Source: Selaginella moellendorffii (Eukaryota; Plantae; Lycopodiophyta). Taken from it: a stretch of DNA of 64,000 nucleotides. Location: assembly GCF_000143415.4 (NCBI RefSeq), contig NW_003314301.1:406259-470258 (forward strand), written 5' to 3'. The position numbers were made by a program, and so were the translations under genes. This document shows, one piece after another, positions 63,142 to 64,000 of this stretch. Position 1 is the first letter of the stretch. Every line of letters starts with the position of its first letter. A model generated the notes under the pieces. The model saw nothing but the letters and a program-made list of their open reading frames with translations, did not search any database and was not told the origin of the DNA.

Positions 63142-64000
63142 CTAAATGGAGCGAGCGGCAAAGGTTAGAGCTCCAAGACCAATGGTGATAGCAATGGGGC
63201 CTCCATACTTGGTGCCAAACTCTGCCATATTCACGCAAGAGTCGAGCATGGAGTAGAGTAGAGTGTGCTTCTGGCGATGTTGTAAAGAGCACGAACTGGG
63301 GCGAGCAGTGACTGGTATGCATATGGGAGGTATTCGCTTGCACCAAGAGCATTGAACAGAGAATCTAAGAACCATTCGCTGTGAACAGAGGCCACTACAA
63401 GAATGTCGCCCGAGAGTGTCAAGGGGTTGTAGAGTCCCAGCTTGTCAACCTTTGAGATCTCTGCGTATATCAAGATTGTGTTATTACAGAACATTAGGAT
63501 GTGTGGTTTTTTGTACCTGTGATTGGTGAGGCTCCAGAGATTGTGGACAGGCTATCTCCAACTTTGAGATCAGCAGCTCGCTTGTAAATTGTCTCTCCTT
63601 TCGTATTAACTGGGACAAAATGACCGGCTGTAAGCTCCAAGGTGTTGGCTTTGGTCTTGACTTGCACGAATTCAGAAACAACATCTAGATCCTTGTGACC
63701 AAATGCGTAGATATCCGAAAATGAGTTATTTCCAACAGCAACCTGTAGAAACTTATTAATCATATGAAGCAAAGTGGATTACTAGCTAGGATCTTGCCTT
63801 ATCTCCAATCTTAAGTTCCTTCATGGTCTTCATTTCCCCACTGTACATTGAACCAAGATAGATATTGCATGTACTTAGCACGGTGTAATTTGTAGAGGAT
63901 AACTTTATTACCTGGAAAGCAATCACTACATATTCCATTGTTACATGTGAGTGCAACTAGCCCCTGAGCTGTGCAATCAGCACTAGTGTTGCACTTCACT
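63142..64000 (-). pseudogene. Hedgehog/intein (Hint, Hog-type) domain gene with Cys-rich N-terminal module; 5' end outside the window; this copy appears damaged
   Basis: SD/CFP cleavage motif, GEMKTMKELKIGDK, FSDIYAFGH, LELTAGHFV (TxxH), AADLKVGD, GLYNPLTLSGDILVVASVHSEW. Introns 63797-63743 (GC-AG) and 63516-63461. Confidence 0.8.

Overview
Compact land-plant nuclear DNA, most consistent with a lycophyte (Selaginella-like). This is an inference from the 50-65 nt introns, very short gene spacing, and a WW-type DYW PPR with elongated L motifs. Positions 1-44 kb are gene-rich: ATG27/MRH-like membrane protein, tRNA-Ala(AGC), PPD1, GH43 galactanase, DYW PPR editing factor, makorin, aldo-keto reductase, MORN protein, an unlisted 91-aa membrane microprotein, AHL, HRQ1-like helicase, GT4 glycosyltransferase, HMG-CoA reductase and a mini VQ protein. 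Positions 13.6-23.3 kb are a dead makorin duplicate split by a Ty3/Gypsy chromovirus derivative (itself carrying a nested 1.8-kb solo LTR with a graded satellite) and by a 4-kb gene-fragment mosaic. Positions 45-62 kb are an accessory zone with three copies of an unknown gene family, a short-LTR Copia derivative, a hAT element and heavily C-to-T-eroded Gypsy relics. The window ends inside a Hedgehog/intein (Hint/Hog) autoprocessing-domain gene with a Cys-rich N-terminal module; this copy looks damaged. All calls come from reading the sequence by eye; no database searches were run.
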